In this document: piece after piece, positions 1 through 15,019 of the stretch
Layout: each line of letters begins with the position of its first letter
Numbering within the stretch: position 1 is the first letter of the stretch
Source of the DNA: the human T2T-CHM13v2.0 reference genome, Homo sapiens
Assembly: GCF_009914755.1 (NCBI RefSeq)
Contig: NC_060934.1
Strand: one strand, 5' to 3'
DNA: 64,000 bases
The notes under the pieces: model-generated
Told to the model about the DNA's origin: nothing
Seen by the model: the letters and a program-made list of their open reading frames with translations, nothing else
Database searches by the model: none
Made by a program: the position numbers and the translations under genes

Positions 1-310
1 AAGGAGCTGTTACATCCAACAGACTCATGAAAATCTTTGCCAAATGTCCCCGGTACATAGCTCCTCCCCACTGATGGGCTCAACGGGGAGAAGCTATGCA
101 CATGTCTCAATTTGCATATGCTCAATGGCAATACAGGATTCCCAGGATAAAGTAAGGGATATAAATGACACAGCACACTGAAAAGACTGTAATGTTACTT
201 CAGAACGTTGCAAAATAAAGATCACAGATGAAAGTTTTAGTTCACTGAAGCATGTAGTCATGTATATTTTTCATTTGTGTGTTTTAAAGTCTTATACTGC
301 TTACATTCTT

Positions 311-1093
311 CTTTTTTGTTTGTTTTAAAATAATTATATTTGGCTACAAAGATCAATAACAAGGATGATGTCAGTCCAGGTTGGACAGGCAGTTCTGGGG
401 CAGATGTTCTTGCAGTGTTCTTTTTTTTTTTTTTTTTTTTTTTTTAGTATTTATTGATCATTCTTGGGTGTTTCTCGGAGAGGGGGATTTGGCAGGGTCA
501 TAGGACAATAGTGGAGGGAAGGTCAGCAGATAAACATGTGAACAAGGGTCTCTGGTTTTCCTAGGCAGAGGACCCTGCGGCCTTCCGCAGTTTTTGTGTC
601 CCTGGGTATTTGAGATTAGGGAGTGGTGATGACTCTCAAGGAGCATGCTGCCTTCAAGCATCTGTTTAACAAAGCACATCTTGCACCGCCCTTAATCCAC
701 TTAACCCTGAGTGGACACAGCACGTTTCAGAGAGCAAGGGGTTGGGGGTAAGGCCATAGATTAACAGCATCCCAAGGCAGAAGAATTTTTCTTAGTACAG
801 AACAAAATGGAGTCTCCCATGTCTACTTCTTTCTACACAGACACAGCAACAATCTGATTTCTTTTTCCTTTCCCCACACTTCCCCTCCTTCCACTCGACA
901 AAACCGCCATCGTCATCATGGCCCGTTCTCAATGAGCTGCTGGGTACACCTCCCAGACGGGGTGGCGGCCGGGCAGAGGGGCCCCCCCCACATCCCAGAC
1001 GGGGCAGCCGGGCAGAGGCGCCCCCCACCTCCCTCCTGGAAGGGGCGGCTGGCCAGGTGGGGGCTGCCCCCCGCCTCCCTCCCGGACGGGGCA
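311..1093 (-). mobile_element. 5'-truncated SVA retrotransposon (partial VNTR + SINE-R + polyA) with short 3' transduction
   Basis: Poly-T 421-446, then SINE-R sequence (tatttattgatcattcttgggtgtttctcggagagggggatttggcagggtcatagg...), then GC-rich VNTR units (cctcccagacggggtggcggccgggcagagg) to ~1092. Perfect 19-bp TSD ttatactgcttacattctt at 292-310 and 1094-1112. Confidence 0.93.
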
Positions 1094-3450
1094 TTATACT
1101 GCTTACATTCTTATGTGGGAAAATATATCTTGTTTGGGCTTTCTGGATGAAATATGAACAGGCAAAACTAAAAATAATTTTACAACCCAAATCACCAGAT
1201 GTTAATGGCTGGTAATTCAACCAGAAATCTGAAAGACAACATCTATTTCACTGTGATATCAGTGACAAGGAAGATTTTATTTGTGGTATTTAAGTGTAGT
1301 CCTCTGGAACAAATGACTTGGTTCACAGGCAGCACGCCCACTGCTGAACTGCCATGGCCTGACAGCCTGTCTTATTTGCCAAACTGTTCATTAGGTTTGG
1401 CAATCTTCACCTGTGCCTCCAGCTTATATTTCAGCAAATAATACATATCAGTCTGCTTTTGTCATCTTCTGCAGTGAGCTTCCAACACTCCTTTAGCATA
1501 TGGTGCCCCTGCATCTGCAATCCTTCAAACATACCTTGTATACATGTCATTATTTTTCAACTGTCAATTCAGCTTCCAGCTTGGAGGCTAGCCTAGCTTA
1601 AATAAAGCAAAAATACAAGACAGAGAATACGCAAAGTAAGTCCTGCATTGTAAATATTAAGTGGGCTGACCAATCATTTAATTAACATTAAAAAAGAATA
1701 CATTCACCATACAAATTTAATATTTAAATATTGATTTCAGAGCATATTTTGGAGTGAGGCACAGGTGACAATAGAGCAGAGGATTCCTCTCCCAATTGTC
1801 TCTGACCTATCCAACCTTTGTTACAGGTCAGAGAGTTCTCCAACTTATAAATAAACAACAGAGATAATGTGGCAACAAGGACACAGAGACGTACTGAGAG
1901 TACTGCTCAGCTCTCTGCCTAGGCCTGATTCTGCTGATCCCTGACAATGAGTGCTGTGAAATTTACAGCAGATCAATACACATACACACAAACACACAAA
2001 AGAGATACTTCATGGGCAAAAAGCACCAAAGATATACAATAAAATGTCTGAAAGACCATAAAACAACTTCTGATGAAATGCTGTTTTCATTTTGCAGAAG
2101 TAAAATATTCACCACCAACCCTGTAATTAGCTTAAAAATTACACTAAGTACAGTAATTTTGGATCCCATCTCCAATTCATACCTTATCGGCATGTAATAA
2201 TCACACTGCATCTACAACAAAGCTGGAATAGACTTTATATGCTGAATACAACTTGTACAGTAAGAAGGTAATTTTTTGAAATACTGAGAATACAACATTT
2301 GTATGCCACACTCTACTGCACAAGTTAAAAGAAAATACAATCATTTCTATTCTCAAGTGTATTGAAATAAAATACAGAAAAGAGTATTCTAATACCAGTT
2401 AACATTAAGAGAATATATCTCTAAACCAAAGATCTTGGATCTTCCAGAAAGACAAAATCAACCTGTATATACTTGGGTAAGAAAAAAAAAATTAAGAGAT
2501 CAAGAAAGGAGAGAGGATGTTAGCATAGAATCATCTCCAAAAATGGCTTTCCGATGCATTCGACCAGTTTTCAAGTCCATTTGTTTTTCCTCCTTTAGCA
2601 TCAACAGCCTATATTACCAAGGAAATGCAAAATAATCCAATTTGTACATTAACCAGCTAATCTAGAAATGGCAATACAGTCAATGAAAATACAAAGAAAT
2701 ATAAAAATGTCAAGGAATTGTTTAAGATGTTTAAGATGATACAGCACAGGGAAAAAATGATCTGATAAACACTGGAAGAGTTAAACTCAGGCATGGTTTC
2801 CTAACACCACACTTCAAATGAACTTATAGAAAGAATAAAGGAATAATCCTCTAAAAAAAATCTAATTTTAGAAAAAAATTGCTCAAAAGGAAAGTTAGCA
2901 TTTTGTACATCTTTTGGAAAGCTGATTAATTTCTAAGCTAAATGATGCTTAAGATAATCCTTAAGAGAAATGGCTGAGTCCAGGCCCAAGGCAGAAAGAG
3001 GGCAACATAAGCCTGGATACTTTTGTTCTGTGAGAAAGTAAGAAATGCTCAAAGATTAATAGAGACAGTTGAAAGGACACAGGACACAGGCTGAAGGCTC
3101 CCACGGTCGAATCTGGGACAGCATAGGCATCAGAAAGAACAATGACAGTGATGGAAAATAACCCATGGAATAAAATGCAAGTGCATTAGTCAGCAGAGAT
3201 ACCGAAATAAAAAGGAGAAGTGAAAGCTCTTTGTTAAAAATGCCAGCTAACAAACGTCGGAGGAATGACAGAGGAAGAACATCCATTTTAAGTCACCAGT
3301 GCCATAACTGATAAAGAAGATCATCAAGAGGCTAAAATCACTGCATAAAAGAAAACTATATGAAGCTATTTAACATAGCACGATATATAAAAGTATGAAA
3401 ACATAAATTAGAAAAAATGAAAAATCGTACCATAGGAGATGAATAAGTTA

Positions 3451-3770
<320 letters not shown>

Positions 3771-6700
3771 CCACAGTAACAAAAAAAAACACCAGGAACA
3801 ACAAAATGACAACTACATAAAGACTGTATAGAAAACAAAACGCTCAGAATATAGAAATAAATTATGTATTTTACCTGTAACTATATTAGAAGAGAGTATT
3901 CTTGTAGACAAGGATGACCAGAAGGATATGCAAAAATGAAAATAGCTAATAACACTCATTATGTCAGGAACTTTAGTACGTAGTTTGTGCACATTGTAAC
4001 AAATTACATACTAGATTATCTCAAAATTTTCAGATAAATTTTACTGGGAGTCATAAACTAATACAACAAAACCAATGTTTTGCAAACATCCACTAAGCAT
4101 AAAGGTATACAAATTCCCAAGAAAGGCTGAAAAATAATTCACATAAGCCACACATCAGTGGAAACCTACCCATAGGAGATAATACAACATAATCTAAATA
4201 AAACTTTCAGAGACAAGGCATGTGGCTTCTGGACAGCCACAAACTCCCTGTTTCTGCTCTAGTGTTTTGGCCACCAAAAGAAAGCCAAGTGGCCTCAGGT
4301 CTCTTAAAAAACAAAAAAGCAACCTATGGAAGATGGCGTGGTATTTGAGGAATATTTGGGGTCTCTTGAAAAATGCATCCTGTATTTTATTTCAAGAAAA
4401 GACTCCCTCATAATGTCAGGTAAGTGAAGAGCCCTCAGAGACACATGCACACACAAAGAAAAACAAAACAACATAGAATGAATCCCACCAAAATGTGTTA
4501 TGATGGCAGAATTATGGGTGATATGATCTTCTGTAATATATATTTTTATTAAAAATAGAAAAAAAGCAGACTTACCCTTGATTATCTATAGCCTCTGACC
4601 CAAGTGGCTTGGAATCAGAAAACAACATCACTCGACTTGAAGCCATCTTGGCATCAATGGTGGAGTGGGTGGAGATGAGACTCTGGACCAGCTCATGGGT
4701 GGGCCCCACCTCGTCCTGTCAAGACCACCAAGAAAGGGCACGTGAGGAAAGCACAAAGATCCTGGAGAGACACTGGTTTCACTCAGTTCTCAAAATTATC
4801 TTAGACACATTTCCTGAGAACCTTTCTTAATGCCTCAAAAACCAGAGAAGAAAATCCTTATAACAAAGCTTGAAATGGATCCCCATCTCCATTAAACTTT
4901 TCCAAACCTCAGTGAGTATACAACCTGATAACCTAAACACCTCGCTAGAAAAATCTCAGTTCCAATCCTACAACAATGCTAGCTTTTCTAACATTTTAAA
5001 ATAACCCTGATTTTAACCCAATAAAATTCCACTTCAGAACTAAAAATACTGGAAATCCACTTTAAAATAAAGAATGAGGAGACCATTGTGAATGAGAAAA
5101 AGAAAAAGACCAATGAGAGCTGGAAAGCACACTGATTTTGTAGAAACGGAGATAAGCCGGGCAGGTGCCACACTGGCAGCAGTGCCCATGCTGGGGCCAT
5201 GGATCAAGGAGGCATGGAGGACAGGACTCTTCTGCTTGGTACAATGAAAAAATGGTATTCTTTTTATTCTACATATTGACAATATGCATTTGGGCCTCTA
5301 TTATAAGTACGAGAGAAAAATCTTCAATAAATAAAAGCTGAGTATATTACTTTTTTTAATTAAAAAATAGATTCGGAAAGAATAATGAGAGTTCAGAGCA
5401 ATGACTCCTGCCTCACTGATGCCTGAAAACCGTGGCTGCCACCAAGGTCAACATAGACAGCGTCTTTGTCATACAGCACACCCCCAACTCCAAAAACAGG
5501 CGCATAAACCAGCTGCTCCTTCTTATTTAAACAGCACTTCTTTTGTTGTTCAGTAAGAGCACAAGGGTCTGGGAAGAAACTGATGTCACTCATGGCAAAA
5601 TCTTCTACCCCTGGAAGACAGGACCCAAAAAGCCAGCTTCAACTGACAAGAAGTCAGTAAGTATCTACTGTTGACTGGGGGGTTAAAAACGATGCACACT
5701 CCAAGGGCTTAAACCATGACCCTAAAGAAGGGCATTGTGCCACACTGGAACAGTGGCCCTCTAGCTACAAGACAAGAGGTCAGAGAAGAGGCATTCGGTA
5801 ACACCTTTGCAGGCCTACACATAGCTGGCTTACTTTTAAAACCTCCACCAAGGCCATCTTCCCTTGTTTGGTCATTTTTCAGTTTTCCTGAGAAATGAAG
5901 CCATCCCAAGAATCCTATGTGTGATTCTAGTATGTTCTACAACAAGAGAATACCTGGCATGTGAATTTGGCTTTTATTTTTCAAGTGCGCTCCTCTTAAA
6001 TAACCGTAAAGTAACATCTGCTGGTCACATCTGATGTTTGTTTGGATATCCTCTGGGTTTGTCAAATCTTCCACCCTAGAAAAATAAACTCAATCATACA
6101 GCAGAAATGAATGCCAAAAGTTCCTATACCTCCTTTCATGTGTCAGTGACTCATCACACTCTTGTCCACTAAGCACATTGTTTAGAAAACTAGAAAATAC
6201 AGAAATAAGGAAGCACCAGAGGAAAAGGGGCAGGCACACAACTGTGTCTCTAGGCTGAAAGTGACATTCATTCCGTAAGACACCAGACAGGGAGATGACG
6301 TCCACCTGGGGTCAGAGAAGAGTAAAGAACATATTCAGAAAATCCCTTTCTGGAAGAGGGTGAGCCTGTGCTCTGGGATTTGTACTGTGGCTTGGATTCT
6401 GGCAGGTGGAAAAAGGGTATTCCAGGCTGAGAAAACCACAGCACAAAGGAAGGAAACTGAAGGCACACACAAAGGACTCAAGCACCCAGGCACGAAGGCA
6501 GCATCACTGAAATCTGAGGCTGAACATAGGATGGGGCCACATCCTGTGGCCTTAAATGCTTCCAAGTCCTCCCACTTTCCTAAACATCTCATAGTTAATT
6601 TACTCCCAAAGGCACAGCATCTTTGAGCAATGATATCAGTAGACATTTTCCATCCACTACACTTCTACCCCCACTATTCAAATAGGCACAAAATAAATCC

Positions 6701-7256
6701 TGTCACTGTTCTTTTTCTAGCCTTTTTAGCTTTGAAATATATGGTCCAGGAATTAAAAGTTTACAATCACTTTTTACCTGTCTGCCAGGATATAAGGATG
6801 AGAAGTCTGCCATGTGAGAGGCCTAAACTTCATAACTGTAATAAAATGGCCCAGATTGTGCATTTCTTGGTTTTGATATTCTCCATGCACCATTCCAGAA
6901 AGGCAGAACAGCTTGGCAACCTAAACATTAAAGGAAAATTAAAAATTAAATTTCAACTAAATTCTTGTCAATACTGCAACAAAATAAAAGCTCTAAACAA
7001 GAAGCAATCCTAAGAAGGGAGACTTCCAGCAAAGCCACTGTCCTGAGGCTTGCAGAGCCTTGCTGGCTTCTTTCAGGACTTATTAGAACCACACAGAGGC
7101 AGACTGCTCTGCAGCCGAGCAGGGGCATCCATCTAAGTATGGTGAGGAGAGGGAGGTGAGGCCTCTGAGCACAGAAACGATTCTGTGGCTGATGGACCAG
7201 AGCAGTATGGAAAGGAAGGGGCAGTGCCTGGTCCTGTAACTGGGAGAAACTTCTGA

Positions 7257-7745
<489 letters not shown>

Positions 7746-8048
7746 CTTCAGTCTATTTTAAAAGGATTATACTGTTAGCATCTAACAATTATTTCTCTTC
7801 CTACCAGGTAAACTTCTGTCCAGAACCTGTGTTTTAATCGCTTCTTTGTCTTCTTCAGTTGCTTATTGTGTTTGAAGAAGTCGAGGTGGGTGAGAACTCC
7901 CATAATTTTAGGAAAGCCATGTACTTGACAGATGTTTAGAAACTCAAACGTTTCCATTTCAAACCCAAAGCTGGCATCTATAAGCATCAGTACCTACAAG
8001 CAGAACACATTATTTCTCAAAGAAACTACCAAAACAGACCACCTACAC

Positions 8049-8260
8049 TAGGGGTTGGCAACTGGCCCATCGACCCAATCCAGCCCATCACCTGTGTTTG
8101 TAACTAAAGTTTTATTGGAACATAGCCACATTAATTCATTTACATATCGTCTATGGCCGCCTGTGCACTACAACTGCAGAGCTAAGTAGCTGCAAAAGAT
8201 ATGATCCACAAAGCTGAAAATATCTACTATCTGGCCCTCGACAGAAAAGTCCCACTCCAG
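8049..8260. mobile_element. MER58-like hAT DNA transposon relic
   Basis: ggggttggcaa...taaagttttattggaacatagccac..ttcatttacatatcgtctatggc..aaaatatctactatctggccct, as recalled for the MER58A consensus. Confidence 0.7.
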
Positions 8261-9621
8261 ACTAAATCAAATGACTACACAGGCATCACCCAGAGAAACC
8301 ACCACCCTCTGACTTGCTCTAAAAGGCAACCATAAGACAAGGCCACTAGGATATAAACATCCATTTTAAGAATTCTAATGCATGAGAAGTAACTCAGAAA
8401 AGGCTGGATCTAACCAGGCCCGTACCTAAGAAATCCTAATTTAAAGAAATGAAGTTTTCTATAATGTATTTTTAAGCCAAATAACAGGTCTCTGACATCC
8501 AAAGAATGGGAAGAAAGTGATAATCAATGAAATATATTTAATATGTACAGAAAACCAACCTCTTCTTTCAATGTCCTCACAAAAAAAAAACTTTTTTTGC
8601 TGGGAAGTATGCAGTGTACACCTCTATCTTGTATGTTAATTTGTATAACTCAATTGCTCAGGAATTTCTTTAAATAGCTACCAGTTTAGAATTAAGTCAA
8701 AAAACAGTAAGATTACGATGAATGGTAGTCTATAAGAAAATATAAGCAGATAAGACCAATTTTTAAAATTAAGACACTTCAAAGATGCAAATTTCAGAAT
8801 TGATTCCTGGAAACTTCTAGTTTTAATATTAAAGATAGTTCTGTTTTTATCTTTCCATGGATAACTAAAACTAACAAAAAATGGAAACAGAAATGCCCAT
8901 CTTTGATTAAACTAGGAAACATTCAAAACCCGAAACCACAGAATATATGAAGTTGGGCTTGTAGGAAAGCACAGATGCCTCTGGAAACCGAGGCAGCAAG
9001 CAGAGCTCTCCAGCAACAGTGGACCAGCTCAAAGAATAAGTGGAATATCCTCACACCACATCTGATGCCACAGAGTGCCAAGGGGCAAGCAGCTGGTTGT
9101 AGGATCAGGAAGAACAGGGAGCAAACAGTCCCTCAGCTGCCAATCTTTGTCATCTAAGCCAGTGTTACTCCCATAATCCACACACACACACACGTACACA
9201 CCCAAATCCACATATCGTTTGTGCCTTTGCTGTACTCAGGAGGCTTTGAAAACCCAGAGCAGAGCAATCAACATAAGCTAAGCTAAATAAATTATGGTGC
9301 GTCCACAGAATGGAATATTATATTAAAAAGAAGGAGGCAGAGCTACAGTACTTACTGATTATATACCTCCAAGATATATTACATGAAAAAAGCAAAGCAT
9401 AGAACAGCGTGTAAAATAAGCTACCATTTGTGTTTTTAAAGGGTGGCATGTGTGTTTATATGTATCTGGAAGGATACTGCTCTGCAGGGACCTGAGAGAC
9501 CAGCCTTAGAGCAAGGAAAAAGAAAATGTGCATTGTGTATACCCTGCATTACAGTTAGAGTGCTTTACCAAATGTGTGTGCTCCTTTTGAAAATCTTAAA
9601 AAGATTTACATAGGCATCTCT

Positions 9622-9948
9622 CTCAATGATGGTTAAGAGACTGGGAAGGGGAGCAGGGAGGGAGGGAAAAAGAGGGAAAGGTTAACAGGTACAAAAATAC
9701 AGTTAGAATAAATTCTAGTGTCCAACAGCACAATAGGGTGACTATAATTTATTATATAATTCAGAACTAAAAGAATGAAATTGAAATGTTCCCAACACAA
9801 AAAAATGATAAATGTTTGAAGTGACGGACATCTGAATTACCTTGATTTGATCATCACACATTGTATGCTTCTATCAAAATACTACATGTACCCCATAAAT
9901 ATGTACAACTATTATGTATCCATAATAACTAAAAATAAAAAAAAGTAA
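9622..9948 (+). mobile_element. L1 (L1MA-type) 3'-end fragment
   Basis: L1M 3'UTR sequence (aggtacaaaaatacagttag..aatagggtgactata..catgtaccccataaatatgtac) with A tail; TSD aggcatctct at 9612-9621 and 9949-9958. Confidence 0.8.
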
Positions 9949-10325
9949 AGGCATCTCTTAATATGTCTTTAAAATTAGAAACTTGCTACATCTTAAATAA
10001 AAGAGAAACAAATGACTTCTATGAACTATTCAATCATTTCAAGTATACAAGATTTAGTAATCCTTACACAACTTTACATTAATAACACTTATTTTTACTA
10101 ATAGTAGCATTACATGTTCAAAATTTGAATGTTATTTAGTTTTCTGACATTACAGACATTACAATGGCACGACTTTAAAATCTGTATTACCTTTTACTTT
10201 ATATTTTAGGAGTCTTCCTGGGCCAAAGTATGAAATCTGTAGCTCTAGAAAAAACTAAATAAAAATGAAAAAACCAAGGTATCTGTCATCCCACACTTCC
10301 TAATCAATATGGCTTATTTTTTGCT

Positions 10326-10626
10326 TTTTTTTTTTTTTTTTTTTGAGATGGAATTTCGCTCTTGTTGCCCAGGCTGGAGTGCAATGGCGGGATCTCGACT
10401 CACCACAACCTCCGCCTCCCGGGTTGAAGCAATTCTCCTGTCTCAGCCTCCTAAGTAGCTGAGGTTATAGGCATGAGCCACCTCACCCAGCTAATTTTGC
10501 ATTTTTAGTAGAGACGGGGTTTCTGCATGTTGGTCAGGCTGGTCTCAAACTCCCAACCTCAGGTGATCTGCCCACTTCAGCCTCCTAAAGTGCTGGGATT
10601 ACAGGCATGAGCCACTGCGTCTGGCC
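10326..10626 (-). mobile_element. Alu SINE (AluS-like)
   Basis: Antisense Alu consensus with poly-T. Confidence 0.9.
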
Positions 10627-11886
10627 TTTTTCTTTCTTTCTTTTTTTTTTTTTGGTAATTTGTATTTTATTTTAGTTAATTTAAAAGATAGTTTAAAAAA
10701 AAGATAGTTAATAGAATATCAGAAATAGTGAACATTATCATTTCCATAAATGCAAGAGCGTGTACATTTTTCCACACACTGAGTACTATCTAGATTTTCT
10801 ATGATAAACTCTGACCACTTCTTCAGGCAATTCATGTACTTACTTATTATCACTAAGGATAAAGGTTCTAGAACCATTAGGAACAAGGGTCCCATCTTCA
10901 CACAAGTTACTTAACTGCTGGGAGGCTCTATTTCATCTTATGTAAACTACAGATAATACCTACTCACCTCAAGGGTGTATCAAGGGTTTATGTAAGCTAA
11001 ATTTGTAGAAAGCAGTTAGCACAGTGCCAGGAAGGGTCCAAGAAGAAATGGTACTTACTATGATATATTTGTAGGTATATATGTATGCATGTTAATGAGT
11101 TCTTATTAGCTGTGTTCATTAAAGGTTTTCTCTATCCTGTGATTTGCTTTTAGATTTTGGAATACATTTTATTGTACACATTCCATTTGTATTATTAATA
11201 TAACAACATTTATTACTATTATTATTATCATCAATTCAATCACATCTATTGTATCCTTGATGATGACCATGATTCCTTTAATAATCATAAAACTCTATTC
11301 CCTTCATCACGGGGTAAATAACCTATCACAATGCTGTAAGTCTCCATCAGCACCCCAGGCTGCCCCTGCTCACTTACCAGATCTGCTACTTCAGCCAGAT
11401 CAATCATCATGTTAATGTCACACCCACATTCAATAATGGTGAGTCGGAGCTTTTTACCTATAAGTGAAAAGATGAAAATTTTACTTTAAAAAGACCCTGA
11501 AAAAACTCTAAGCATCAACTCTAACTTTCATTTTTTACCTGTATCCAGTAAAACACCATATACGTTTACAGGAGTGTACGAGAAGTTCACATTTACCGGT
11601 AAAATAAAATAAATTCCATCCTGTTTTTCTTGCTGTGTTCTAAATTTAAATAATATCCAAAGTCTACCCAGATGAATACAAGTGCTTAAACAGGGAAAAT
11701 TCTGACTGGACAGGCTCCATGATAACCATGATCCTGCTGTTCAGCTGTAGGCCAATGTCTTTGCCTCTATCAAAACTTCCCATATTCCCACTATCACTAA
11801 AAACATCCTCAAACATTATCCAACAGAATATTCATAACGATAATCATTTCTAAATTAAGGTAAAAAGAAAACAGTCAAGAAAATAT

Positions 11887-12183
11887 GGGCAGGGCACAGT
11901 GGCTCACGCCTGTAGTCCCAGCACCTTGGGAGGCCAAGGCAGGTGGATCCCTTGAGCCCAGGAGTTTTGAGACCAGCCTGGCCACATGGGGAAACCCCAT
12001 CTCTACAAAAACAAAAAAGAAAGGAAAAAAAAAAGAAAAATTAGCCAGGCGTGGTGGCATCCACTACTCAGGAGGCTAAAGTAGGCGGATTGCTTGAGCC
12101 TGGGTGGTTGAGGCTACAGTGAGCTGTAATCACGCCAGTGCATTCCAGCCTGTGCCACAGAGTAAGACTGTCTCAAAAAAGAA
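11887..12183 (+). mobile_element. Alu SINE (AluJ-like)
   Basis: Alu consensus; flanking aagaaaatatgg duplication. Confidence 0.88.
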
Positions 12184-14624
12184 AATATGGATGCTCCAAA
12201 GATAAAGAAAAGCCTCAATCCAACTATATTATTGCAATAACAAGAGACTTGAGTGTACATTGGCATTCTACCACTGGAAGTTTGTTTCATCTTTCCTCAA
12301 ACTTGGAAAGGTCACCATCTCCCAAAGCAGACAAATTCTCACAGGAAAAAGAGAAAACGCGCACTTCCACTAGCATGTGGCTTCATAAGGGCAAGGATGT
12401 GCATGCACCTGGCACATAGGAGGTACGTGCTGTCTGTTAAATGATATGTTCACAGTGACCAGGCCTGCTACCCTCTTCCAAGGAACATGCTTGGCAAAGC
12501 CATAGAGCACTCAGGATAAGATATGTATCACATCCTTATCTCTGGGAACTTACCCTTTTCTGAAGTTATAGCTAACTTAGTAAAGTATAAGAGAGGTAAC
12601 ATGATATGACAAAATTTAACATGTTCCACTCAAGAAAGCAACAAACACATGCATGTCCCTCAGATGACAATAGCCACGCCAACTCTGTGTCTGTGGCAGC
12701 ATCTCCTACCTGACACGATCATCACAGGGCCTCTGATCTCGGTCAACTTCTGCCGGGTGAAGTTCCGAATGAGGCATTGTATCAAAGTGCTCTTTCCAAC
12801 TTTGGAGGCCCCATCACCACTACCACTATTGGTGGGGGCTCTAGTGGAGTTCGATCAACCACTGGAATATGATGCTTTTTTGTCTTCAAATCCTGAGTCC
12901 TATTCATTAAAAAAAAGAAAAAAGTAAACTCACTTTCAAAATAGAGAAAAAGGTATCAACCTTATAAGTAGAATTTTCTTAGTATACTTATAGATATGAG
13001 TACTTTAGTATATTTTATAGAGTACAACAGACAATATATAAATATAATGAACTTGTCAATTATTAACTTAACTTCTCACCCCCATCCAAATAATTGCTGT
13101 TGGATAAAGATGTAACAAGACGACTTCAATAGTATATAGAGTTGAAAACTGAACACACCTTAAATCTGACTGTTTTATGGGTGATTTGAATAGTTTTTTA
13201 AAAACCAAAAGGTAAATACCAAGGCAGTGCATCATAATGGATAAGAGCAGAGGCTCTGGAGTTAAATTTGGCTCTCCTACTTACTGGTTATATTATTGGA
13301 GGTAACTTGTTTTCTTGACCTCAGTTTTCTTGTCCATAAAATGAGGGCAAGAATGATTCCTACTCTGGTAAGGCTGCTGGAAGGATTTAGTTGAATAACG
13401 TTTAAAGTACACTGCTAAGAATATCACAAGGACTCACTAAATAAAGCTATGTTAGTAATAAATATTGTAATTTTTGTATTTTATATTACAACTTTGTAAA
13501 ACGTATCCAGAGGGAAAAAGCACACTTATCACCATAGAAACAGTTTAAAGTTTAGGAGGAAACAAATTCTATAAATTCTTGTATCTTGGGCAAGAAACAC
13601 CAACCAGTGTGCAGATGCTGGAGGCAAGGCAGCTTCTATAGCAAAGCCTCTCATGTTTTGGTAAAAGCCACACAGCATGCATCTCCATGTCCTTTGGAGC
13701 TGGACTAGACTTGTGAATCCAAATGTCACCTGTGAGAGGCTCCTACTATTTAAAAAGAATCAATGGAAGAAGCATCAGACTGTAGCTAAACATACCTGTG
13801 AAAGGATCGAGCCATCCACACAGCAGACTGAAATGCAAAAGCTTTGGGATTTCTCTTCCAGGCATCTTCTTCGTCTCCTAGCTGGAGATCCTGCAGATGC
13901 CGCTTCTTTTTCTTTGCAGCTTTGGGTCCACTATTTTTCTTTCTTTGTTTCTTCTGGTCCTTAGTCTCCATAGTGGCTATTTACCAATAACAAGTAATTC
14001 TAATCTACAAGGAAGAAGGTTGGGGTAAGGAGGTGGGAGAAGCATTTTACAATCCAGGCAATACCCAGGGCAAAAACATTAAATTTTATTTATTTCTTTA
14101 TGAAGAGATGATATATTTGTTCACTGAACAAGGGTAGAAACTGCTTAACCCTCCCCAATTTCATTTATCTCTGTTATGCTATAAATTAGATGAGTTACCT
14201 CTGCTAAGGGTACATTTTATGGTTAAGTTACTTTTTATTCATCTTAAGTGTCAACATCAGCAGTATCCATTTCTGCAAGGATGGAAACATTCTATATCTG
14301 TACTTTTCAGCCATTTAGCCATTAGCCACATGTGGTTACTTAAAATGTACTTAGAGAAACTGAAAAAATGAATTTTTAATTAATTTTATTCCAACTCTAA
14401 ATAGTCACATGTGGCTACCATACTGGACAGCTCAGACCTAGATATCAACTGGACTAATGAAGTGGTTTCCTAACTTAAACTAAAACTTAAATTTTAATAA
14501 AAAATTTAAAATGCTTTTATGAACTTCCAACATGATCACAGTATTACTTTTAGTACCTGTTGACTCTGCAAAACTCCTAAATTACAACTCTTCTACATAC
14601 ATTTGAAAAATAGCAATATCTAGA

Positions 14625-15019
<395 letters not shown>

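Noticed and set aside
110-121. Octamer ATTTGCAT motif suggesting an snRNA-type promoter
   Set aside because: No PSE or snRNA-like gene is recognisable nearby; a single 8-mer is expected by chance
458-1220. ORFs 458-679, 792-1220 and 932-1150
   Set aside because: They lie within SVA SINE-R/VNTR sequence and are typical repeat-derived pseudo-ORFs
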